A stretch of 64,000 nucleotides of DNA from Eledone cirrhosa (GCA_964016885.1 OZ024747.1:7254001-7318000), one strand, 5' to 3'. Positions 1 through 12,022 are shown, counted from the stretch's first letter. Translations and numbers: made by a program. Notes: generated by a model not told the origin, from the letters alone.

Positions 1-272
<272 letters not shown>

Positions 273-760
273 TGTTTACAATTATTTCAATTATAATTAA
301 GATTAATAAAATATAATTATTACATTTATAATTATAATATTTCTCCTTTAATTTTATTTGAAAAACGTGTTAATTTTTCAGGTCAATATTGTTTCTTTGT
401 TTCTTTTTTGTTTTATTGTTGTTGTTTTGTTAATATTTGAAGATTACCTCTTTAATATTTGTTATATATTAGTGTTTTATTATGGAATAAAACAGTAAAA
501 ATTCTCTATTATATATTATTTTATAGTATAAGGTTTCTATTTGATATAATTAAATAGTACAACGTCTCTATTTTATATAGTACAATAGTGTAATGTATAT
601 TTTATGTAATGGGATAATGTAAGGTGTATCAGTTAAATAGTACAGGGTATCTAGTTAATGTAAGTAGATAGAGCTAGGTCTCTATTATATGTAATTTCTA
701 TTTGATAATATTAAATAGTGCAGGGTTTTTATTATATGTAATTAGGTTTTACTAGATCTC

Positions 761-910
761 TGTCGGCTGGAATTTGCAGACGACATGGTGTTACTTAACT
801 CGGCATAAGGTGATCTCCGACTTGCACTCGAAAGGTTTGATGCCGAGTGCTGCATGGCTGGAATGAAAATCAGTGCTGCGAAAACTGAGACACTCCCCCT
901 CTCAAGGAAG
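761..910 (+). mobile_element. RTE-clade LINE reverse-transcriptase fragment
   Basis: Translates CRLEFADDMVLLNSA*GDLRLALERFDAECCMAGMKISAAKTETLPLSRK (FADD motif, internal stop). Confidence 0.8.
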
Positions 911-1010
911 CTTGCACAGTGCACTAATGCGCCAGCTTCAGCATTCAGTAATCAGAAGAAAGGGAGTAGGAGATGAAGATGCTGATAATGGTGGCAGCGG
1001 TGATGATGGG

Positions 1011-1083
1011 GACGACGACGACGACGACGACGACGAAGAAGAAGAAGAAGAAGAAGAAGAAGAAGAAGAAGAAGAAGAAGAAG
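1011..1083. repeat. (GAC)n(GAA)n trinucleotide repeat
   Basis: Direct inspection. Confidence 0.95.
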
Positions 1084-1236
1084 AGTTCTGATTCCCTCAA
1101 AGCAGCAGGTTTCAGAGGCTAGATCGTTCTAATGCGTAGCGACATCTGCTCGGTGGTCAGATCAAATGGCTACCTTTTGGAACCGTTTCATATCGTGCAC
1201 TCAGTCCGAAACAACACTTATGAAACGAGAGAAATA

Positions 1237-1266
1237 CGCTATCTGTAAGATAGCGAGTTCGCACTA

Positions 1267-1267
<1 letters not shown>
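1237..1267 (+). mobile_element. Helitron 3' terminus
   Basis: Hairpin cgctatct-gta-agatagcg (1237-1255), then 8 nt, then CTAG|T; 5' end not identified. Confidence 0.65.
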
Positions 1268-1304
<37 letters not shown>

Positions 1305-2084
1305 TATGTAGTGGGGAGGGGGGCATGAAGCAAGGCATTCCTTGTTTTGGGTTTCCAGCAATTCCTTTTCAGTCCATTCATCTACATTATTTTCTACCTC
1401 TATTTTCTCTGTATTATGCTGTTTCATGCCTTTATTTTATCTTACGCTTGTTAATTTATTTTTATCTAACTAATCTTTTTTTACCCCCTTTATATTTTTT
1501 TCCAACACTCGACTTCCTCAATCCGTTTCCTTCCTTACTTCATGCTGTCACTCTTTTTATCTCATCTTCCTTTTCGTTTCCCCTATTCCACCTCCATTAC
1601 CCTTTAGTATTTTACTTCTATTTTAAACACCTATTTCTCTTCAGTCTGGTCCTTTTTTTTTTTTATTTCTTTGCGCTTTCTTTCCCATTCCATTATACTC
1701 CTTCCACCCTTTTTACTACCCCTCTCTCTCTTTCTCCGCTATCTCCCCCCTCTCTCTCTTTGTCTTCCCTTATTTTCATTACTTATCTAGTATATACAGT
1801 CTCTCTTCTCTCTTTTCTCGTTGTGGATTGGTAGAGCGTCCGATAGATGACATTGCAGCGTTTGTTCTGACCCTTTACATTCTGAGTTCAAATCCTGTCA
1901 AGGTCAGTTTAGTCTTTCATCCTTCCATAGTTGATAAAATAAAATAAAATACCAATCAACTACTAGGTTTCATTTAATCAACAGCCCCCCCCCCCCAATA
2001 TTTGCTGACCTTGTACTTAAATTAGAAATCTATATTTACCTGTTTCTCCGCTTCAGCTCCCTTTCAATCCCGTTACTCTCTCCC

Positions 2085-2880
2085 TCTCTTTCTCTCCCAT
2101 TACCCACTCGCTCTCTTTCTCTCCCTTTCAATCCCTTAACTAACTCGCTCTTTTTCTCTCCCTTTCACTTCCGTTACTCACTCGCTCTCTTTCTCTCCCT
2201 TTCTCTCCCTTTCAATCTCTTTACTCCCTCACTCTCTTTCTCTCCAGTTACTCACTCCCTCTCTTTCACTCCCGTTGCTCACTCACTCTCTTTCTCTCCC
2301 TTTCAATCCCTTTACTCACTCGCTCTCTTTCTCTCCCTTAACTAACTCGCTCTTTTTCTCTCCCTTTCACTTCCGTTACTCACTCGCTCTCTTTCTCTCC
2401 CTTTCTCTCCCTTTCAATCTCTTTACTCCCTCACTCTCTTTCTCTCCAGTTACTCACTCCCTCTCTTTCACTCCCGTTGCTCACTCACTCTCTTTCTCTC
2501 CCTTTCAATCCCTTTACTCACTCGCTCTCTTTCTCTCCCTTAACTAACTCGCTCTTTTTCTCTCCCTTTCACTTCCGTTACTCACTCGCTCTCTTTCTCT
2601 CCCTTTCTCTCCCTTTCAATCTCTTTACTCCCTCACTCTCTTTCTCTCCAGTTACTCACTCCCTCTCTTTCACTCCCGTTGCTCACTCACTCTCTTTCTC
2701 TCCCTTTCAATCCCTTTACTCACTCGCTCTCTTTCTCTCCCGTTACTCTCTCCCTCTCTTTCTCTCCCTTTCAATCCCGTTACTCACTCGCTGTCTCTTT
2801 CCCTTTCACTCCCGTTATTCACTCCCTTTCACTCGCGTTACTCTCTCTCTCTCTCTCTTTTTCACTCCCGTTACTCTCTC
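2085..2880. repeat. CT-rich minisatellite with a 202-bp higher-order period (~3 near-perfect units)
   Basis: Identical ORF starts at 2275, 2477 and 2679 (spacing 202); built from ~25-30-bp subunits ttactcactc(g/c)ctctctttctctccc. Confidence 0.9.
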
Positions 2881-4530
2881 CCTCTTCTTTTATTTATTCT
2901 CTCCCTTTTCTTTATCACTTCTGTGACTGCAGTTCTTTCTGTTCCCTTATTTTTACTACACTGTTTGTAACCCATCCCTCTTCACTATTGCATCTACTTC
3001 ACCTGCATCTCCGACTATTTTTATTATTATAAATATTATGTTCGGGCTGTTATATTTTTATGGTACGGCTTGGTAAGCTTCATCTGGCGATATCGTGTAT
3101 ATGTATGTGTGTATATGTGTATGTGGGCGCGCTTGTGTGTGTGTGTGCGCGCGCGTGTGTATGTGTAAATTCTTTTATTGGCTTAAGTCATTAAACTGTG
3201 GCCATGCTGGGTCACCGCTTTTGTTTTTAAGTTCAGTCCTGCCGCGCGGTATTTGGGAGAAGAGTTTTCTACTATAAGAGAGAGGGGGGGGGGGGGGTAG
3301 AATAATCAGAATGACGAATAAAATGCTTTGCGGTATTCGTCCCGTGTGTTCATGGTGGAGTTGTCAGTAACTAAACTGGCTCCCCCACTGGTCTGGTCAG
3401 GAGAGTAAGTGGAAACCCATTAGCACAAAATCAAACAAAACAAAACATGAGTTATTAAAAGGGTGACCACCCACCCCCAACTGTGAGTTAAACAGCCTCA
3501 CCACCCAGCAACTGGTCAAGCCTGGTGATTACAACTACACCCCAGAAGACATGACTAAAACCGAAGAGAAGGTGACGATCAACCAGGGAGACGCTCCTCC
3601 AACATGAGTGAGATGGTCCTGGATTGGATTTGTGTTTTGAGATCAAATCCCACCGGTGACAGCTTTGCTTTTCATCCCTTCAAACCCGCTAAATAAATTA
3701 CTAGTCTAGTGCTGGAGATCGATTCTTCCTCTATTTCTTTTTCTTACTTTCTCTCTATCCTTCTCCGGAAGAAATCGGTTGTGTTCAAACCTGGAAAGGG
3801 ATGGGCTCCGTCAGGTTTAAAATGCCCAAGGCGGTAGCCCTACAGCTCCATAAGGAATTATGAATCCATGGATGACTGGGTGAATCGACAGATGGACAGA
3901 CAGACACTGCTATTTAATTTTCGTTATCTCTCTTCTATATCCTTTCTCCCCGTTCCTCAAGTCCGAGCAATCCTATTTTAAATTGATGGGGAGATAACTC
4001 TAATATAACAATTAGCTTTCTAAACTATCCTCTTTTTTATTTGGCTGTTTCACTCCTTTTACTTTCTCTCTCACTTATTTTAATCCCTCTCTCTTCTTTA
4101 TTACTTTTACTTTGCCTGTATCTCTTTCTTTTCTCATTTTTTATTCCTCCCTTTTCTTTTGCCTGTCCCTCTTCTTTTATAAATCCTTCTTTATGACTTC
4201 TATTTTGCCTGCGTCTTTCTCTCTCTTCTTTTTTTTTAATCCCTCGCTCTTCTACATTCCATTTCTTGCGTCTCTATTTTTATCCCTCCCTCTTTTTTAT
4301 CACTTTTACTCTGCCTGCATCTCTCTCACTTCCTCCTTCTTCTCTATTACATTTACTTTGCCTACAACTCTTTCACTCACCCCTCTCTTTATTTTCTCTC
4401 TCTCTCACTTACATACTCTCACATTTACTCTCTTTCCCCTCTCCTTTTAAATCTTGTATACTCATACTTCTCTTCTCATTTTTCTTTCCTTTATGTAATT
4501 ACTCAGTTAGCTAAATCAGTTATAACTGAA

Positions 4531-4548
4531 CGGCCGCCAGGCGGCGCA
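4531..4548 (+). promoter_or_regulatory. Candidate CTCF-binding motif just upstream of the start codon
   Basis: CGGCCGCCAGGCGGCGCA resembles the core consensus GGCCACCAGGGGGCGC; a GC-rich island in otherwise pyrimidine/AT-rich sequence. Confidence 0.5.
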
Positions 4549-4562
4549 ACAACTTACCAAAC

Positions 4563-4818
4563 ATGGCTGAGTTCTTGATGAGCTTCGATGGGTCGAGTCA
4601 AGATACGATGTCGACTGCACAAACACCAACGACTACATGCAGTTCGGCAACAGATGCAACAAAAACAACTTCATTTACGATACAACCCAAAATTGTCATT
4701 GTTGGAGCCGGCATTGCAGGAATTGCTGCCGCTGAATACCTCATTAGGCATGGATTTACCGATATTACAATCTTGGAAGCTTCCAACCGAACCGGCGGTC
4801 GGATATGGACAATCTTAG
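4563..4818 (+). CDS. Polyamine oxidase coding exon 1 (Ser/Thr-rich N-terminus + FAD-binding GxGxxG)
   Basis: caaacATGG start context, in-frame TGA 36 nt upstream; KIVIVGAGIAGIAAA...LEASNRTGGRIWTIL; donor TTAG|GTAAGC at 4818/4819, phase 1. Confidence 0.92.
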
Positions 4819-5216
4819 GTAAGCTTGCTTCGTCTAATTCTTTCTTTCTCAGTAACAGGCCTGCTTACCTTATGAGTTTGATTGATATCCTCCACCAGTG
4901 TTTATATATATATATCGCCTACACCTGTGTTATATATAATTTTAGATAAGGGAGATTGAAACCCTACTTCCAATATATATATATATAAAGTAAAATTGAA
5001 ATATATGTGTGCTTTAAAAACGAACCAACGAGGGAAAGTATGTTATTGTTCATATGTCTATTCATTCAGGAATAGGACTAGAACGGTTTTTAAAATATTG
5101 TTCCCTATAGTGAAAGCGAACGTTAAAACGATTACATATATATATATAATCCCTGCTTATGTTAACCTTGTCTTGTATATGATACATACGGATGTATATT
5201 GAGAAGGAATACTCAA

Positions 5217-5320
5217 TACAATGTTGGAAGTTTCCAGCTGTACCGGTGGTGGATATGAACCATCTCTGGTAAGCTAACTTCTAGTCCCTTGCTACTCAGT
5301 AACAGGTTTGCCTCCTTTAT
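5217..5320 (+). pseudogene. Decayed local duplicate of exon-1 3' end + splice donor + start of intron 1
   Basis: tacaatgttggaagtttccagctgtaccggtggt-ggatatgaaccatctctg|gtaagct...ctcagtaacagg aligns with 4766-4872 (tacaatcttggaagcttccaaccgaaccggcggtcggatatggacaatcttag|gtaagct...ctcagtaacagg); 1-nt deletion and TGG>TGA. Confidence 0.85.
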
Positions 5321-5785
5321 ACTTGTGATAATCAACACTTGTGTGTGTGTGTGTGCATACAGCTTTAAACGAAGGGTGAAAACAAAGCAAAAGCTACCCT
5401 CCATCCATCTATGCAAATATGACATATGGACTTGTACACCAAATGTGAGAAAACTATGTAGTTAATATTTTTTTTTTTTAAATTAAAAACAAACAGATTT
5501 CACACCTTCGTTACTCTGGTTTTTGTGTTGCTGATTTTACCATAAATATCATTGTATGTGCTTGTATGTTATATTTAAAAAATCCTAGTTTTGACGAACA
5601 TCGGAGAAACAACGTTTAAGATCTGTTTTTGATTTGTGTGATTATATATATATATTTATTAAAATAACAGATTAAAGTTTAAGCAAAGAATCGCTGCTTT
5701 CACCCTTAACGGGATCTTCTAAAACTAACTAAATATATATTTATCCTTATCGAGCCCTCTTTGGATTTTAGTCTTCAAATTTATT

Positions 5786-6078
5786 GTGGATTGGCAGTAT
5801 CGGTAAGGGGGTCGAACGCCATGCTTTCCAGCATAGTTACGTCCCTTAACGATCTGAGTTCAAATCCCGCCGAGGTTGACTTTGCCTTTCTTCCTTACGG
5901 GGTCGATAAAATAAAGTACCAGTAATGCACTGGGTAATTGCTGGCCTTGTGCCAAAAGTAGAAACAATTATTACTATATATAACTTTGCCTTTCATCCTT
6001 ACGGGGTCGATAAAATAAAGTACCAGTAATGCACTGGGTAATTGCTGGCCTTGTACCAAAAGTAGAAACAATTATTAC
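5786..6078 (+). mobile_element. Young tRNA-derived SINE plus a second 5'-truncated copy in its tail
   Basis: A-box-like tggcagtatcggtaag, B-box gagttcaaatccc, core actttgcctttcatccttacggggtcgataaaataaagtacc, (ATT)n tail; 3' half repeated at 5982-6078. Confidence 0.85.
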
Positions 6079-6248
6079 TATATATATATATATATAAATA
6101 AATACAGTTAATGTAATTCGTTTCAAGGGTTGTGAATTGATTGAGAAAGTCACATAAATACATGTTAAGGTGAATATATAAAGCCTTTGTTTTTGTTTCG
6201 TCTATTCATTTCTAGCTTATATTATTGTGACTTTCTGAATCGCTTTCA

Positions 6249-6303
<55 letters not shown>

Positions 6304-6474
6304 TACACGCGCACACACTAAGGGAGAGCCTTAAATAGGAATAAAGCCTTACCTTTGCTCCCTCCCTCTATGACCATATACGTTGTGAAAGTCACTTTAG
6401 TTAGGGCAGTATTTTATGACACTTGTATATATTTGAATGCTAAGCGTCTTTATATACTGGTATGTTTTTACATA

Positions 6475-7110
6475 GTCGCTCGATCTTCTAAAAATAGCAG
6501 CTAAGTTCCCTCAATTCAATACCGCTTGAAAAAAAGGAAGGACATATTCAACAGTGTACTCCTAAATGTCATTAGTTTATTCTGTTAGGGTTTGATTTGC
6601 GGTTAAACATATTTACATACATTTATGTAGACATGAAAATATAAACGATCGAGCTCCCACTATATTATATACACCTGCAAGTACAAATCCAATGAGATCT
6701 TCTACGTGGTCGTTCGACCTGCTAGATATAGCAGCCAAATCTTAGTTAAATTAACCCCTTCAATAAGGAAAAATTTACATTGAAAAAGACTGGTCACAAC
6801 CGAGATGCCTTTGATTTGACGTGTGTTCGGTAGCGGTTGACCTTGGGTTAAATAAAATGGTATTTTCATAAACCTGCCCAAAACGTTATCCTACCTCAAT
6901 CTCCAATAACCTCATTACAAGCAAATATGGTCATTCGATCTGCAAGAAATAGCAGCCAAATCTCCCTACCACACTCTACGCCCTTAAATTAGAGAAGAGC
7001 GTTAAATAGTATAGTCGTGTATATCCTTAAAAGGACGCGATGATCACGACTGGAATTGTTTTAATCATAAGTTAACTCGATCAAGGTTGATCTGGAGCTA
7101 AACAACAATC
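6475..7110 (+). repeat. Three tandem copies of an abundant interspersed repeat (ctgctagaaatagcagccaaatct family); other copies at ~15910-16307, 18510(-), 24470(-), 29775, 32285, 44520, 54810(-), 55840(-), 62510, 62850
   Basis: Recurrent blocks gtcgctcgacctgctagaaatagcagccaaatct ... gctggaatgcctttgatcatagg ... ggggctaaacaac. Confidence 0.75.
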
Positions 7111-9552
7111 TAGTAAGCTCTTATTCTATAGGAGACCTAACTAACGATGGATAGTGCATCCTTCTTGGACGAGTGAATATATACTTCAGCATGTCTGTGT
7201 GCATCTATTGTTAAGACGTGAATTTAAAATGGTCCACACAGTATCTGTAAACACACACACCATTTTAGGAGCTAGTATAGAATTTATCTCACTGAAGGGC
7301 TGTACAGTTTTTGTTATGAACATTTTACTTTTTGGTTTGTGTAGGTGTATTTATTCGACATATTTTAGTCCCCAATTTTGACACCCGCTGTCTGAAATAC
7401 GCCGGATTTTTTCAGGCTAAATTAAATATGTTAGAAAAAGAATAGTGTGTATGTGCGTATATATATATATACACACAGACGGACAGACAGACGCCTATAT
7501 GTTTGTATATATATATATATATATATATATAATGTGTGTGTATTTATGTGTACACACATAAGCGGTGTATACGCATAACCAGTACTTTCTATATGGCTAA
7601 GTGTCAACTGGCTCCATTGACAGCTGTTCAAACAAGTGTTTGGTTAATTTACCTACTCTCTCTCTCTCTCACACACACCACTACACCCCCCCCCCCCACA
7701 CCCACACCCACACACACGAGTACCTAAAGCGTGAGAATCCCTCGTTTAATTTTCTTATCCGAAAGATTATTTTTCTCCTCCATTCTACCAGTGAGAGATG
7801 AACGGACTATGTCGACTTCGTCAGAATTATAGACCCATTTTCTTCGGAGAGGCTTGTAATTGCATTATAAGGTGTTTGTGTGCGTGTGTAAAATGAAGGT
7901 AATGTCAGTAAATGTGGCATTTATTTTAGTCTCGTAGAAAACTAGTAAATCGTAGTATGTTTGAATTTTTTCCAATTTTCTCGTTCCTATTTCGATGACC
8001 ACAAATTAAAACAAACACAAAGTCGTATGATCTGTACATGTTAACTTGCTTGTTTTGAAAGTGATGGCTATATAATGTGAACAGACACACGCACGTATAT
8101 CTGTGTGTTTATTCTATACTTATACGCTTTCAAATGTTATTAGTTGTGTTATCTGTCGGGAATTCTATCCATACCGGGGTAAGCCTCTCCTCATTCATTA
8201 CTCTGGATCAGTTTGCTGAAATCGATCCCCTGTATAATCATCCTTTGTAGTGTTACCGAGGCATTTGTAATGTTATTTATGTATATATTTAAAACATATT
8301 TGTTATGTTATTCTACTGTAAATTTATTTATATGCTCTGTTTATATTTTCATTCTGAAGGAACTTATCCACTTGTGTTGATATAAGTGATTTTTAAAAAA
8401 ATTGGACTCCAGCTTCATCAAAATAAATAGATAAATATGCGTGGTTAGAATATATTCACTTAAGATAAATTTACGAAACTGTATACACACAAACACACTC
8501 ATAATGAATGGGTGTAATAGAATTTATTGAAATATGGATTTCGTTAATGGAAAATTTTGCGTGTGATAAAAATGCAATGATTATTATATTGCCTGTGTAT
8601 GTATGTGTGTGTGCATTGTATGTATGTGCGTGTGTATTGTATATATGTGTGTGTGTCTGTGTGTAGAGCAGCGCTGTTCTTAATTTATAAATTGGGTCGG
8701 TTGGGCGGATATCATCGTATAGAGAAAGAGAGGGAGGGGAAAAAGCAGGGCTCCATACTTTTTGGTTTCCGCCCTTTTGACCTAGTTTTGTTGTTTTGTT
8801 TTGTTTCCTTTCCGGTGATAATTTTTTGCTTTTGAATGGATTCGAATTCAGTACCAAAATATTTATGTTGCATAAAATCGTGTTGATAAAGCGCGCACGC
8901 ACACACACACACACACACACAGACACAGACACAGACACACACACACACAGACACACACACACACAGGTTAATAGAAAAACAAGGCACATTTGCTGATGTT
9001 CAATGATTCATTTATGTTTGTTTGTGTGCGCGGTATTCGATCAAGAAGAGGCACTGTATTTATCGTCTGATTCAAGCTATAGATAATAATGATTAACTGT
9101 TGCGGAGAGTTGTTCTGCATCATGAATGAATCACCGTTATTGAACAGGCAGGAGCGGTCGGCAACCCTCCCAATTTTTATTGACATCATATTCTATTCTC
9201 ATGCATACACGCCTTTACACCTGAGGGGTGGTGGCGTGTGCGTTGGAAAGTGTTTCTTATGGTGTGTTTTGCTGTATAACTTAATGTTTTACACATGCAC
9301 AGATATTACATTTAGATATGATCTGAGATCAGATGGTGACAGTATATGTGTGTATATATATATATAGTAAACCTTGTGATCAAAAGGATTCAAGTCGATA
9401 TTTTATTTTAAACAGACATGTCTCTGTTGTTGTCCTATGTGATTCTTGTTTTTAAAGTCGGCAAAGTGTGATTGGAGGGAGATTTGACTGCTATTTCTAG
9501 CAATTCGAGCCATAAGTTATAGTGGCTGGTTTGTGTTCATTATTGGTTATCG

Positions 9553-9737
9553 ATTGGCAGTATCGGTAGAGGGTCGGGCGCCATGCTTTGAAGCATAGAG
9601 TTACCTCCCTTTATGATCTGAGTTCAAATCCCGCCGAGGTTAACTTTGCCTTTCATCGTTACGGGGGTCGATAAAATAAAGTACCAGTAATGTACTGAGT
9701 TATTACTGGCCTTGTGCCAATAGTAGAAACAATTATT
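9553..9737 (+). mobile_element. Young tRNA-derived SINE
   Basis: Near-identical to the 21611 copy; attattggt flanks both ends. Confidence 0.85.
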
Positions 9738-10350
9738 GGTCAACTCCGAGTGACATTCATATATCGCATTCTGGTCGTAATTATTGTTCCTTTTCAGTAA
9801 AGTCGCCGCAGCCAGGACCATATCACTGTGGCCCCTCCCCATCACCTAGTGGCTCCCTCTTGACTGGTGTTGTTAGTAGTATATGCATTCATGTGTAATA
9901 TCATTTATTGTACTGCACCTGTCTCACATGTGTCTATTTATAATCCATTTGTCTAATCGATGCGTTCACGCATGATCTAAAACTGGTATATATATTTTCT
10001 ATACTCATAATAAACATGTTTTATATGGATAAAAGTTGTGCATAGTCTAGATTCTATCATGTATACAGTATGCAGATAGATAAATAACTGGTGCAAAACT
10101 GATAACTGAATATCATGCTGTTCAAGAGAAGCTTCGTTCATCTATTTTAGTATTGGGGTGCGTAATATAAATATTTATTTAACAAGAATAAACTATGGTG
10201 TGTCTGTGAAGGATAAGGTTGTTGTCTGTCCGCCATTTCGGTGTATTCTTCCACTTGTTACCATCGACGTTCTATAAATGAAATGTCAGTTTTATTCATT
10301 GTCTTCTCTCTCCATTTACATCATTTTGACATAACGCATTTACCCTTTCC

Positions 10351-10390
<40 letters not shown>

Positions 10391-10392
<2 letters not shown>

Positions 10393-10530
10393 CAAAGGAA
10401 TTGTGGTAAGGCACCAGAGTACTCAATACTTAGGGTAGTAGAGTGGGAAATAGGAAAAAGTATGACCCCTAGTCCAGAAATAGCCGTCGAAACGGCTTGA
10501 GCTCTGCCGCCGGGGTCATACTTTTTCCTA
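10391..10530. mobile_element. Short (TA)n-embedded insert A, Penelope-like pLTR fragment with internal inversion and hammerhead-like motif
   Basis: 20-bp perfect inverted repeat 10450-10469/10512-10531 enclosing ccagaaatagccgtcGAAAcggc-ttgagctct-gccgcc; homologous to inserts at 60970 and 61071; (TA)n on both sides. Confidence 0.65.
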
Positions 10531-11257
10531 TATATATATATTACGCAAACATACGTAGCCGATTTCTCGGACTTATACAAAGCGCTGCGTGTCTATGCTA
10601 TAAAATAGCTTATAAAAGAAGTTGCCATCGGCCGCTACAAGGTTCGATTTCTCGTAGCAGCCGACGACAACGTCGTTTTCCGTCTTTAAGGATCTTTATC
10701 CTATTTTATAAGCTACATTATAGCATCTCCGTCACTCTCTTTCTATATATATGTATATTCCTTATGTGTGTGTTCTAATGCAGCGGTCCTTGGAAGTGTG
10801 ATATTAAATGGTCTCTTGTTGATCCCAGAACATATATGTACATAACGCCGTTTTGCCTAAAAAATGTTTTTTAAACTCCTTAGCTCTGTTTTGTGAGTCT
10901 GCCATACTCATATTGTGAGGGTGGGAGGGTGTCATCATGTTTGTGCAGTTATGAACTTTGGCACCACTTTGAGCTAATATTTTGACAATAACCTCAAGTT
11001 GACTAATATTTTGTGAGTAGAACTTGGTGGTCAGAAACTGTGCAGAAGCCTGTCGTGTGTATTTTCTTAAGGCCAAGTTTTAGTTTTGTTACTCCAGTGT
11101 ACAAACAGTTATCAGACAAAACAAATATGTGTGTGTGTATTATACATATATATGGCCTGTATTTATGCTGTCCCTCCGTTACTTAGTGGTTCGACGAATA
11201 CAGATCGATAAATTATCAGCCTAAAATGTATAGTCAGATCAATATGATCGTCTAGAC

Positions 11258-11618
11258 CAGTGCTTCCCAAACTTTTTTTTTTTTTCACTTAGAACAGGTT
11301 AAAATTATTTTAACACATTTTTCTACCTAAATTCAAACATCCAGGGAGTGTAACAAACACAGGGGTCAATGATACATAGTGTTATTAGCTTCACGCTTGG
11401 TGAGAATGAGGGAAGGGGTATACATATTAACAGGCCGTCAAGTAGAAATATTGATAAATAAAAACAGAAAAATTATTTTTACTTCCTTCTTTAGTCAATA
11501 AATAAAGCAGTGGTGGTAACTGTGTGCTGCAGTAGATAAATATATACATATATACCCTGTCCGAACACAAAGGAACCAAACTCCCACTGGCACCGTCATT
11601 AAGATGGTGTTGTGGTGT

Positions 11619-11700
<82 letters not shown>

Positions 11701-12022
11701 CATACACATATACATATACTCCAGGTCTGAACACAAAGGAACCAAACTCTCACTGCCTCCGTCTCTCCAGTTCTCCCTATCTCTCACTATTATGAGCAAA
11801 TGGGGGCCCACACGCTGGCCGCCCCGGTGGACCAGTTATCAATATGAAACATGAGCTTGGTGTGTCTTTGTTTATTTTGTTTACAATGTTTACATTCTTA
11901 GTTTAGTTGTTTCTCACTTTGTCATATGTGGGCCTTATTACGAATTTCAATTGTGAAATAGACTCATGCCCGTTTGCGGTCAAGAGTCCAGCGTGTCAAA
12001 ACACACAGTTTAGGGACCATTA
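11258..12022. mobile_element. Non-autonomous hAT (Charlie-like) element containing a (TA)n tract
   Basis: Left end cagtgcttcccaaact, right end agtttagggaccatta; flanks gtctagac / gtttaaat resemble a decayed NTCTAGAN TSD. Confidence 0.55.

Noticed and set aside
873-1091. Acidic poly-D/E ORF
   Set aside because: Product of a (GAC)n(GAA)n repeat next to an RTE fragment; no splice context or domain.
2275-3032. Repeated Leu/Ser/Phe-rich ORFs; CRISPR-like periodicity
   Set aside because: CT-rich tandem repeat with no unique spacers, in a eukaryotic context with no cas genes.
4819-4949. ORF-track extension of exon 1 (KLASSNSFF...), and likewise 26311-26360, 41793-41961 and 43491-43562
   Set aside because: Read-through into introns; strong splice sites and family motifs define the real boundaries.
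5585-5630. Possible additional hammerhead (ttgacga...gaaac aacgtt)
   Set aside because: C3 is missing and stems I/III do not pair convincingly; at best a very decayed remnant. The same applies to ttgaagagc...ctcaac at ~19785.
8990-9075. Possible intronic C/D snoRNA (tgatgt...ctga)
   Set aside because: C box is not RUGAUGA, there is no terminal stem, and I recognised no rRNA guide.
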